Below, in pieces: positions 12,997 to 24,955 of a stretch of DNA of 64,000 bases. Below the pieces are notes generated by a model, which saw nothing but the letters and a program-made list of their open reading frames with translations, ran no database searches and was not told the DNA's origin. The position numbers and the translations under genes were made by a program. This DNA is from Octopus sinensis (lineage: Eukaryota): contig NC_043003.1 in NCBI RefSeq assembly GCF_006345805.1, positions 40,114,001 through 40,178,000 of the forward strand, read 5' to 3'. Numbering within the stretch: the stretch's first letter is position 1; every line of letters starts with the position of its first letter.

Positions 12997-13352
12997 ACCT
13001 TTTGTAGATTAGTTTAAGGGTAATGGTTCAGTAGTTAGTGTCAAGTTCGCGATCACGAGGTCGTGAGTTCAGTTCCTAGACAGGGCTGTGTAGTTGTGCT
13101 CTTGAGCAAGACACTTTATTTCACATTGCTCCAGTCCACTCAGCTGTAGAAATGAGTTGTGATGTCACTGGTGCCAAGCTGTATCAGTCTTTGCCTTTCC
13201 CTTGGATAACATCAGTGGCATAGGAAGGGGAGGCTAGTATGCATGGGTGACTGTTGATCTTCCATAAACAACCTTGCCCGAATTTGTGCCTTGGAGGGGA
13301 ACTTTCTAGGTGCAATCCTATGGTCAGTCATGACCGAAAGGGGTCTTTACCC
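12997..13352 (+). mobile_element. tRNA-derived SINE with CORE-like central domain (family D)
   Basis: A-box-like tggttcagtagttag, B-box-like gagttcagttcc, then gtgctcttgagcaagacactttatttcacattgctccagtccactcagctgtagaaatgagt. Confidence 0.65.
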
Positions 13353-13948
13353 TACTCTGTGCAATTATGATAAAGCATTGATTTTTAGCCAGGGTTTTTA
13401 CCAAATTGGTAAGTGTATTGGATTTCACCCCCCCCCCCCCATTTATTTATTTAATTATTTTAAATCAACATTTATACCTTACTTTTCAACATCAAATATC
13501 AACAAATGTTGAAGACCTCAAGTGAAGACATTTACATATTTGAGAAACCAAGGAACAGGACACTTTTTTGAGAATATTTACCAGTTAAAATGTCTGAAAT
13601 GAGTTGCTGTTAATAAGAATGTATATATCGTTTTCCAAACTATCAACCCCATCTTTATACTTTGTTTACAATATTTATACACACACTATATTTCTACAGT
13701 TTGCTCAGTTTTGTCCTCTGCTTATCTCCAGGAATAATATACTTGATAACAGAGATCAAATTATAGTGTGTGTATGTATGTATAAGACAATAACTTTTGT
13801 GCTGGGCATGACAACTTATTTTAAAGCAAACATCTTTGTAAATAGATAGCTGACCTCATTTTCGAAGTCTGTATTTAGAAAACACACACACACAAGTTTG
13901 TATGCGTGTCTGTGTATGTATATGTGTGTCTGTGTATGTATATATATA

Positions 13949-13984
<36 letters not shown>

Positions 13985-13985
<1 letters not shown>

Positions 13986-15184
13986 CAGGACATTAAGAAT
14001 GAAAAGTCTTGGTTTTCTTATGTGCCAAGTTTGCCGGTTGTTAACTTTAATGCTTTATCCTGACGATTCTTTGTTTTACAACATTGAAAAGTTACATCAT
14101 CTTTTTTCGAAATCCAGTTCATGGTGGCTAATTATATTGTGAATTTTCTCTTGTAAATCAATTTTTGTGAACCTATATATATAGATAAAAAATTTGTGTT
14201 GTTTGTGAATTTGAGTTCTGTCATGGAACCAATGCATTTCAGACAGCTTGAAACATCAATGAGGTGTTTGGTGAAGATGTGGTGAATGAGCGCACTGTAT
14301 GTTGATGGTTTGAGAAGTTCCAGTCTGGTGGCTTTACTCTTGAAAATCAGCCCTGTGGTACACTTGAGACCGAGGTGGTTAATGATGAGCTGAAAACTGC
14401 AGTGGAAGCAGATACATCTCAAACTATGTGTGAATTAGCAAGGTTTGATGTTTTGATTCCAACTGTATTGGAGCATCTAAAGCAAATCAGCTAGGTAAAG
14501 AAGCTGGTCAAGTGGGTACCACACGAACTGAGCAAGCATCAAATGACACGTCTTGAAACTTGCTGTTCTTTGCTGTCATGGCATAAAAGCGAACCATTTT
14601 TGCATTGTATTGTTACAAATGATGAAAAATGGATTCTTTTCAACCATAGTAAGTTTTCTGCACGGTGGTTGGATTGAGACAAAGTGCCAAAACACAATCC
14701 AAAAAAGAAGATTCACCAAGAAAAGCTAATGGTGTCTGTTTGGTGGTCTAGCACTGGTGTCATCCACTACAGCTTCATGAGACCTGGTACGTCAATTACA
14801 GCAGATGAAATTATGAGTGAATTTGCAATTAAACAACTGAGATTGGTAAATAGAGACTGCAAGACAACGCTACTCAAGTTACAGGAATTGAACTTGGAGG
14901 TACTTTGTCATTCACCATATTCACCAGATCTTGCCCCAAATGACTATCACATTTTCCAGGCATTAGAGAACTTTTTGCAAGGAAAAACTTCAAATCTGAA
15001 GAAGATGCAAAAACAGCCTTTCATGATTTCATCACTTCTTGCTCTTCGGAATTCTTTGCTGCCAATAAAATAGTGAAATTGTGTTGATAATTTAGGTGCG
15101 TACTCTAACTGCATTGCCTTTTGTTGAGATTAAGTAAAATAAACCTTCAGTTCAAAATCGGACATTTCATTCTTAATGACCTGA
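13985..15184 (+). mobile_element. Full-length but dead mariner transposon (cecropia/Hsmar1-like transposase)
   Basis: About 30-bp TIRs (tcaggacattaagaatgaaaagtc / gacatttcattcttaatgacctga) flanked by TA. Motifs WVPHEL (~14513), IVTNDEKWI, KLMVSVWW and SPYSPDLAPNDYHIF are present, with stops and frameshifts. Confidence 0.92.
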
Positions 15185-15653
15185 TACATACATACATACA
15201 TAAATAATGATTTTAATATATATATTTTCTAAATACACAGTTCAAAAATGAGGTCAACTGTCTATTTACAAAGATCTGTGTTTGCTTTAAAATACTTTGT
15301 AATGCCCGGCACAAAAATTGCATTGAATATATAGGTGTGTGTGTGTGTATTTGTGGGTAACTTGTATTGAGTGATTTCATTTACAGACAATCTGTTCTGT
15401 ATTTGCATTTCTATAACTGTGCATTACTGCTGTTCATAGTTAATGCCACTGCAGGCTAAAGAGCAGGATGACATTTGATTTGTGAGATGTGCTGAGGATT
15501 AGGTCTTCTGGTATATGGAGGTATGGGACTGTTTGGGTAATTGATTCTCAACAGTATTTGATATTTATACTTCAACAATTTTGTGCTACTGTCATGACTC
15601 CGCTTTCATATTGACCAGTAGGAGGGTTGTTGATTTAGACTTGCATTCCCTTT

Positions 15654-15684
<31 letters not shown>

Positions 15685-17879
15685 AAGTGAGAGAGGAGAG
15701 AGAGATAAGGGTAAGTTAAAATTTGAATCACATTCATTTTCTAAAATATTTATTTCAAGGATTTTATTTTTAATTTTTAAATTTAGTAGTTCAAATTTAC
15801 AAATCACTACAGTGAATCTATTCCCTCCCTCTTTACAGTAAAAAAATTAATTTTCTCTTTGCTTATTTTGCAAATTAGATGTGGCCAAGTTTACTGGCTC
15901 ACTGTGTTGTGACATTTAATCTATCTGTCCTCCCCTCACTCTGTCTATTATATATATATATATATATATAATGTGTGTGTGTATTGTGTAAATCGATATT
16001 TAGCAAGGTCCTTTGTTCTTTAGTTTGATATATCCCATCTGTTGCTGAAAATGAAGTGCAAGACACAATAAATATATACATAAACTTACATAGATTTGGA
16101 GCATGCCATATAGCTTTCAATATACAAAGACTTTGGACAATTGTAAATCAACCACAAGTATATATTAAAATAAATTATGAATAAGGTATATTCTCTTACT
16201 TGGGTTCAAGCACTGAATTTATATCATAAAAGTTAAGTTCAGTTCATTTTATGATCTTCGTGAGAAGGTAGAACTCAGTGCAAAATTCAAGCCTAGGAAA
16301 TGTAGTTGGGACTCGGGTCTTAATTTATGTATTATTGGATGGTTCTCAGTTGTTAATTTGCATATTTACCCCTCTTTGTATAATAAAAATTACATAATTG
16401 TTACCTAATTTGCCAATTTGATCAGAATTGTCACAAAAAGACAGTAAAAGAAAAAAAAGGCAAGAAAGAATCAAATATGAATATCTTAAACCCCATGTTG
16501 GGATATTTTTTTATAGGGTAAACTCTGTGTTGAGTGGGGTGGGGAAGTATCCATGCCATTAAATCTGTTTACTGGTTTCATGCTGGGTAGCCATGTGGCT
16601 GTTGGCAATATCCCCCAAGACTATAAACACTTTGGAAAAGACTTTAGGACAATGTATTCTTCATACCTCTATAAAAAAGACAAGATGGTATTGGATAAAG
16701 TGCCTTTAATCATTGGTTTGTTCAATCAAATACTGACCTGGGGTTAAACCACAACATAATAATTTTGTGTGTGTATATATATTTATATATAACACATGTG
16801 TATGTATGTATATACATACATATATACACACTCGTATGTATATATACACATACACTCTTACACATACATTCACATATACTTGGAGCTGTATATTTGATTT
16901 GCCCTTCTAAGACTCAGTAATGTTGGGAGTGAGCAGCATTGAACATCATGCATGGAATTTGTTTGGTATTTACGTAACATACATACAGCAGGTAAGTAAG
17001 AGAATTGCAGGGTCCAATGTCAGAAATCTGGACCTGTACAAAATTGCAGCTGAAAGCAAAAAGCCACATGCTGGGTCCACGAAGCAGAATACTTGAAGAG
17101 TATCAGAGAAGACTGAAAGAAAGAAAAATATTTGAAAAAATCATTAAAATTTTTTTTAATTAAATATAATTAAAACCATAATATTTTTGTGTTTTTTTTT
17201 CTTCGTTATTTGTATTTTATTTGTTTTGTTTTTCTTTCTGTTTGAGAGTTGATTGGACACTAATTGTTCCTGTCTTGGCATTGTGTTGTGTCTATGGACA
17301 AGACTATCAATTAGTCCTGTCTACTTCGATGCAAGTAAGAGTGCTCTTCTGCTATTAATAGTAGTAGTAGCAGCAGCACTGTGTAAAAGTGGTTTGTTAG
17401 CATGTAGTGCTGGGTGTAACTGCCTTCTGTGAAGGAGTAGAAGTCAAGAGGAGGTGATTATCATTTGACACATCATTGCATCCCATTGTTTCAGAAAACA
17501 GTGATGAGATGCTTAATGTATCTCTAATGACATAACTAATTAACCAACAACATGCAGGAAGTGGTTTGACAACTGAAGCTGGTGTGTTTATGTCCCTGAA
17601 ACTTAGTACTTAGCAGTTCAGCAAAAGAGAGTGATAGAATAAATACCAGGCTTTATAGAAACAAGCAAGTACTGGGATTGATTCGTTGAACTAAAGTGCT
17701 TCGAGGATGTTGCCCCAGCATGGCTCACAGTCTAATGACTGAAACGATAAGATGTATGAATGCTCAGTTTTAAATACTGGTTATATTGTCATGCAATTCA
17801 GATTAAATCACTGGCCCAAGAAGCTGTATAGTGAGAATGAGCCTGAATTCATTTCGTTACGGGATGATCCTTACAACAT

Positions 17880-20310
17880 AGAATATAGCTTAGTCACCCA
17901 TATAGTTAATAAGGTTATTCAGGAAGGCACCATCTCCAATGACTGGTGTAGTAGTATTGTAGTTAGCTGTTACAAGGGTAAAGGCAATGCCTTAGATAGA
18001 AACATCTACAAAGGTATTTAACTGCTAGACCAGGTCATGAAAGTTACTGAGAGGGAAATAGCTCAATTGATTAGGAATAGAATTAAACTAGATGAGATCA
18101 AGTTTGGTTTTGTACCACAGATGTCATCTTAGTGAGATAGCCGCAGGAAAAATACTTGGCCAAAAGTAAGCCATTGTACTTAGCCTTTATTGACCTGGAG
18201 AAAGCTTTCGACAGAGTTCCCTGCTCTGTTATATGGTGGTCTCTAAGGAAGTTAGGAGTAGAGGAGTGACTTGTTAGAGCTGTACAATCCATGTATAGTG
18301 ACACTGTCAGGTGAATACAGTGATGAATTTAACATACAGGTAGGGGTTCACCAGAGCTAATTTCTCAGCCCGCTCTTTATTTGTTATAGTCCTCCAGGCC
18401 ATAACAGAAGAATTCAAAACTGGATGTCCATGGGAACTGCTATATGGTGATAACCTTGCTCTTATTGCAGAATTGGAGAAGAAATTCCAGGTGTGGAAAA
18501 AAAAAACCTGGAATCAAAGGGCCTTAAAGTTCACCTAGTAAAGACCAAAGTTGTTAGTAAGAAAGAAGATAAAACTCTTTCTGTCAGGTAAATGACCCTG
18601 CTCAATTTGGAGGAAAGGAGTTGGAAGAAATTCTATTCGCTGCACCCAGTGTAAACTATGGACACATAAGAGGTGCAGTGGAATCACAGATAGATTAACA
18701 GATAAAGTCGTCTTTGTATGTGGCAAATGTGCAGGAACAATAAGCACTAAGAACACACAGCACTGAGATTCTCTCAAATGCCCAGGAGGCTCTTTTGAGG
18801 TTGTAGATAATTTGTTACCTAGGTGGCTAAATTAGCAATGGTGGAGGATGCTCTGGAAATATTGTTTCTGGAATAATAGAGTGGAGGAAGTTCAGAGAGC
18901 TATTACCTCTGTTGGCAACAAAAGGACTTCTCTTGGAGTGAAAGGTAGACTTTATGATGCTTGTGTGAAAATGGCTACACACAATGGTAGTGAGACATGG
19001 GCTCTGACAGCAGAAGATCTGCATAGACTGGAGAGAAATGAAAGGAGTATACTCTGTTGGATGTGCAATATCATTGCGCATGTACGACAAAGAGCAAATG
19101 TATTGAGAGAAAAGTTGGGCATAAGAGGAATCAGATGTAGCATGCAAGAGAGAAGACTACATTGGTTTGGTCATGTGATGCATATGAGTGAGGACAGCTG
19201 CATAAAGAAGTGCCGATCACTGAAAGTGGATGGTACCTATGGAAGAGGGAGACCCAGGAAGATGCGAGATGAAGTGGTAAGGACCGATTTCAGGATGTTA
19301 AGCCTCATGGAGGAAATGACAATGGACCAAAGTGTCTGGTGATATGAGGTTCATAACAAACCAAACTACATCTCTACATTTTTTTCTCTTCCTTGCATTT
19401 CCACTTCATGCACTATGCTTACCTCCCACTCCCCATCTTGTCACTGTATCACTGCTCTCCACTAGTCCCTCTGACCTGTGCGTTCCACCCACATGCCCTG
19501 TCTCACTGTATTATTGCTATCTGCTAGCCCCAACCTCTATATACCTAGGTTTTCACCACTCACTCCCCTTCTGCACTCTCTAATCCTGCTTTTTTGGCAA
19601 TATTCCGCCACTTATATTATGCTTGAACCTTAAGAGTATGCTATGGCACTTACCACCATCTATATATCTCCCATCCTTTACTCAATCCTCCCATCTATTT
19701 TCTGATCCCTGTCCCTTGAGAGTATGTCTGGCACTTTGCCACCATCTCTATCCTGCCATCTCCTACACTCTCACTCTTTCTCCTTCACTTCCCTCAGGTT
19801 GGGCAACCATGTATCTCCTTTGTGGCACCACTCCTGTTTCTGACTTCATTCCTGATCTCTCTCTCCAGCCAGGTAACCTTGTACTTCCTCTACAGCAAGA
19901 CTCTTGTTTCTGTGTCTCTGTCTCACTATAACCTTTCATCATCTGACATAAGATCACCTCCTCCAATGCCCCCTCCCCTCTCAAAAGATTTTTATCTTGC
20001 CGGTTATTTGGTGACCCTATCAGTGCAGGTGCCATTTAAAAAGTACCCAGTCCACTCTGTAAAGCGGTTAGTATTTGGAAGGGCATCCAGCTGTAAAAAC
20101 CTTGCTAAAAGTGACCTTGCCTGTGCTTGTTCCATGTAAAGAACATTAAGTCCACTCTGTTGAGTGGCTGGTGTTAGAAAGGACATCCAGCTGTAAAAAT
20201 CCTTCCAGAGCAGTCAGAGAAGTCTAGTGCAGGCTTCTGCCTGGATAGCTCCTCTCAAACCATCCCACTCATGCCAGCATGGAAGGCGGATGTTAAATGA
20301 TGATAATGAT
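17880..20310 (+). mobile_element. 5'-truncated decayed RTE-clade LINE (RT C-terminal half, 3' UTR, GAT tail)
   Basis: Segments DWCSSIVVSCYKGKG, YLAFIDLEKAFDRVP, PWELLYGDNL (decayed YADD at 18443), GSETWALT and RRLHWFGHV...GRGRPRK; tail ttaaatgatgataatgat near 20300. Confidence 0.9.
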
Positions 20311-21529
20311 ACACATATATACACAAGCACATACACACTCAATGAAATCTATTTCTTCCTGTTTGTTCGTTTGACCAGCTGGATTGTCATTTAACCAGAG
20401 GTTGATGTTAAGCAACAGGTGTTCTACATGTAATGAAAAAACACTCCTGTAGGTTTCATTTGCCATTGAAATCTCATTTAAAAACAATCTGATGTTGAAT
20501 GATTTATCTTGATCAAATCTACTGGCAGAGTGATTATTCTGGAACTTGTTCACTTCTTTGCTATTGTACTGAAATTTGATCTTATTTTTGACACTCTTTG
20601 TAGCCTGGGTCACAGTATACTGGGATCAGAAGGTAAATTTATAACTTAATAAATTTTGTGTGAGAGACTCGATGTGGTTAGTTTGTGCATAAAACAGGTA
20701 GAATATTTGGGCTTGATATAGCCAGTTTAAATGCTAAAAGGTTAACTGGTTTGTCACCATATCTCCCTTGAGATACACAGCATTGGTTTCAATTAATTTT
20801 GAAAATAATGAATTTCATAAATTGATTATCATTATGAAGCTGGTGTTTGTAACAAAAATTAACCTGAAATTTTGATCTAAGGTTTTAAGATCACTTTTAA
20901 ATCAGGAAATTTGTATTAAAAAACATGGACTGAAGCTCATTAACAACTGGTAGTGGATGTAGCAGGCTATCTTCATGGTATCTTCGCTTGAAAACATCAG
21001 TACCTGGTTTAGATTGAACTTGGATGAATGAACTTCATTCTTGACCAAATGTAAGGTTCATGGTGTTTTTTTTAACCCTTTTGGTACCAAAATATCTGAA
21101 ATTCTGTGTTTCTTCATACAAATTTTCTGTTAAGTGATCTTAAAAAACTTTATAACAAAAATTAACATGAAATTTTGATCAAACACCAACTTTATAATGA
21201 TAGTCAATTTATTAAATTCTTCATTATTTTCAAAATCAATTGAAACCAATGTTTTTAATCTCAAGGGAAATATGGTGACAAAATGGTTAACCCATTAGCA
21301 TGTAAACTGGCAATATCTGGCCCAAATATTCTGTTTTATGTTGAAGTTAGGTGCTCCCAACTTCTCACACTTACCCTATAATCATCATCATCGTTTAGCA
21401 TCCGTTTTCCATGCTAGCATGGGTTGGACTAATATCTTTCTTAAACAATCAACCCATCAAAATCTTGCAGCTACAAGATTTCATCACCAAGGTTCCATGC
21501 TGACCTTTTGCCTAAATTAGAAACCATTG

Positions 21530-22470
21530 CTTTTAGCATATATTATAAAGCTGCAAAGTTGGGGAATGAGTTAATTAAATTCACCCTTGTTCTTCACTGG
21601 TACTGTATTTTATCTATCTTGAGATGAAGGAAATGTAAAGTTGAGATTTCAAATAAAAGCAGTGGTTTCTAGACAAGGCCAATGATTTTGAGAAAGTGGG
21701 TCAGTTGACTTAAGTACTTGGTTGGTACTTGATTGTATCAACTCCACAGGATGAGAAAGTTAAGTCAAACTCTGGTATTTGAACCCAAATCAAGTGCTGT
21801 CATAAAAGAATGTTTGATTTTCTAATTCTTCTACCAATTCATTGCCCTCTTAATAATAATAATAATTCTTTCAAATTTGGGTATAAGACCAGCAGTTCTT
21901 GAGAAAGTAGACATGATGATAACTTCAACCTCAGTACTTGACTGGTATTTTAGTTTAGCAACCCCAAAAGAATGGAAGGCAAAGTAGATGAAGGTGGAAG
22001 AAATGTTACTGAGTATTTTGCACAGCATGCCAACAATTTTATTGGCACAAGTCTGAAATTTTTGGGGAGAGTGGCCTAGTCAATTACATTGACCCCAGAG
22101 TTCAACTGATACTTATTTTTATCAACTCCGAAAGGATGAAAGGAAAAGCCAGCCTCGGTGGAATTTGAACTCAGACAGACGACATACTTCTATGCATTTT
22201 GCCCTGTGTGCTAATGCTTCTCTCACTTCACTGTCTTTATGCTTTAATAATAATAATCCTTTCTATTATAGGCACAAGGTCTGAAATTTTGGCCAGGGTT
22301 AGGGCATAGTTGATTAGATTGACCCCAGTTGATAACTGGTACTTATTGACCCTGAAGGGATGAAAGGAAAAACCGGCCTTGGAGGAATTTGAACTCAGAA
22401 CGTAAAGACAGACGAAATACTTCTAAGCATTTTGCCCTGTGTGCTAACATTTCTGCCAGCTCACTGCCTT
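21530..22470 (-). mobile_element. Head-to-tail array of up to five family C SINE copies (AAT-tailed on plus strand)
   Basis: Repeated ggcacaaggnctgaaattt...gaccccag...actggtact...gaaaggatgaaagg...gaatttgaactcagaacgtaaag...ttctgccagctc units separated by (aat)n; the minus strand has a B-box-like gagttcaaattcc. Confidence 0.75.
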
Positions 22471-22823
22471 TATGCCTTAATAACAACAACAGCAATAATA
22501 ATAATAATAATGATAAAGTATTCACTTATAAAGGACAGTGCTGTTAGGCACCCTCCTACTTTTCTCTCGTACTGCAACTTATCCTCTTCAGGGAGAAAAG
22601 AAATAATAAAAAAAATAGTTGGAATAAAAAATGTAGTCTTAGCCTGAAAATAAAATGAGTTTGTTATAGCTGGAATGTTTTGCAAGATAGGGCTGCTGGA
22701 TCAGGACTAAACATCAACAATAGCTGTAACAGTGGTAGTAACAAGAATTTCCAATCCTGCTGAATATATTATTTATAAAATGGAAGGCAATATCACATTA
22801 GTGATGAGAGAGTGCAGCCACTG

Positions 22824-22849
22824 GTTGCTATGGTAACTGAACTACGTCA
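22824..22849. promoter_or_regulatory. RFX X-box palindrome with adjacent CRE-like site
   Basis: GTTGCTATGGTAAC (22824-22837) fits the X-box consensus GTHNYY-AT-RRNAAC. TACGTCA at 22843-22849 is TGACGTA on the minus strand. Lies in non-repetitive sequence. Confidence 0.4.
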
Positions 22850-23157
22850 TCACACTCTGCATACAGTGTACTCTGTGAAGTTTGAGACAATGAAACAGTT
22901 CTCTGCTGCATTGGAGTTTATACCCAGGTTAATCCTGTGAGGTTGTATGATAAACCATTCCAACCATGACCATCCTGAATTTTTGGGAGTATCTAGGACT
23001 ACATCATCTCCCATGTCTTTACGTATTTATTTTTTCTTTTTAATATAGTAGGGTGTAATTTCAAGGCAGTTTGGCTGCTATTTCTAGTAGTTTGAATTAC
23101 CTTGAGTTTTGCTAACAACACTTATCACTTTTGCTTCTCAATGAAGCTGCATGGGTG

Positions 23158-23447
23158 AGTGTCTTCTGCTATAGCCTTGGGCCAACCAAAGCCTTGTGAG
23201 TGGATTTGGTAGACGGAAACTGAAAGAAGCCCATTGTATATATGTATATATATATATGTTTGTCCCTCCAACATCACTTGACAACCGATGCTGGTGTGTT
23301 TACGTCCCCGTAACTTAGCAGTTCAGCAAAACAGACTGATAGAATAAGTACTAGGCTTACAGAAAATAAGCCCTGAGGTCAATTTGTGCGACTAAAGGTG
23401 GTGCTACCGCATAGCCACAGTCAAATGACTGAAACAAGTAAAAGAGT
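23158..23447 (+). mobile_element. Family A SINE, 5'-truncated
   Basis: gtgtcttctgctatagcc...gatttggtagacggaaactgaaagaagccc...gactgaaacaagtaaaagag. Confidence 0.8.
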
Positions 23448-23796
23448 AAGCATTTAACATTCAGATTAATCTGTCAAAAGTAATGCTTCTTTATTCATAT
23501 TGTTTTGAATTAATTACGTATTATCTAATAGGTATGAGATTTTGATAAGGCAACTGTAAATTTTTAAAAATGACATTGTAGGGTAAGGTGGAAGAAACCA
23601 GATCTAGCCAGTTTGAACTTAAAACAGGTAGAATATTTTGGCCAGATATGGCCCATTTAAATACTAAAAGTTAATCATGTATTATCTTGTAGCTTCAAGA
23701 TTTTGACATGATTGTTTATTTTTTACAATGACATTGTAGGGTAGGTGTGAGGGCCAGATTTGACAGTTTTGATATAAAACAGAATATTCAGGCTTG

Positions 23797-24165
23797 ATGG
23801 CACGTAAGAGAACCATCTGAACGTGGCGGTTGCCAGCGCCGCCCCGACTGGCCTCTGTGCTGGTAGCATGTAAAAAACACCATCCAATTGTGGCCGTTGC
23901 CAGCCTCGTCTGGCCCCCGTGCCGGTAGCACGTAAAAAGCACCATCTGATCATGGCCGTTTGTTAGCCTCCTCTGGCACCTGTGCAGTTGGCATGTAAAA
24001 AGCACCCACTACACTCACGGAGTGGTTGGCATTAGGAAGGGCATCCAGCTGTAGAAACACTGCCAGATCAGACTGGGCCTGGTGCAGCCTTCTGGCTTCC
24101 CAGACCCCAGTTGAACCGTCCAACCCATGCTAGCATGGAAAACGAACGATGATGATGATGATGAT
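23797..24165 (+). mobile_element. Family B retroposon inserted in a TTAA MITE
   Basis: Tandem gcacgtaaaaagcacc units, conserved 3' block and (gat)n tail; MITE sequence on both sides. Confidence 0.85.
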
Positions 24166-24712
24166 ATGATTGGTTTAAATGCCAAGCTATTAAGCAGAAT
24201 CGGGCCCATCTGAGGGATGAACTAATGGAGGGACTTATGTAGTTTTTATGACCTAGTAAAAATAGCTACATCATTATGCCTCAATGTCTTAATAAAGGAA
24301 GGATATATTGGGTAATGTTGTCCAAGAAATATGTTTGACTAAAGGACAATCATAAGTCTGCTGTATCTGGGTTGACCTGGGGTTAAGTACTAACAACAGA
24401 GATAGAATATGAACTATTAATCTATACAAGTAATTATTAAATAGGATGGGTTTAGTGGAATTCCTGTTAAATACTGTTTTCTCTTATTTCCTCGTCAATT
24501 GTGAGAGTTGACCTTTGACACAGTGGTGACTAACTAAATCTTTACAAACGAACTTGTTTATATGCTCACTCTACGTAGGTGTGGGTATTTAATGTTGTAT
24601 AGCCAAAGGTTAGTACTGAAATGAGCAGATCTTTGATTATAGGTGATGCAGCTGTGAACCATCCCCATATTGGTATATTAAACCTATATTATTCCTTAAC
24701 CTTCCTCTTCGT

Positions 24713-24955
24713 CCGTGCTGGTGGCACGTAAAAAGCACCAACTGATTGTGGCCGTTGCCAGCTTCCTCTGGCCCTTGTGCCAGTGGCACGTGAAATGCAC
24801 CCACAAGGAGTGGTTGGCATTAAGAAGGGCATCCAGCTGTAGAAACACTGCCAGATCAGACTGGAGCCTGGTACAGCCTCCTGGCTTTCCAGGCCCCAGT
24901 CGAACCGTCCAACCCATACTAGCATGGAACACGGACGTTAAACGATGATGATGAT
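24713..24955 (+). mobile_element. Family B retroposon, truncated
   Basis: Same body and ttaaacgatgatgatg tail. Confidence 0.8.
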
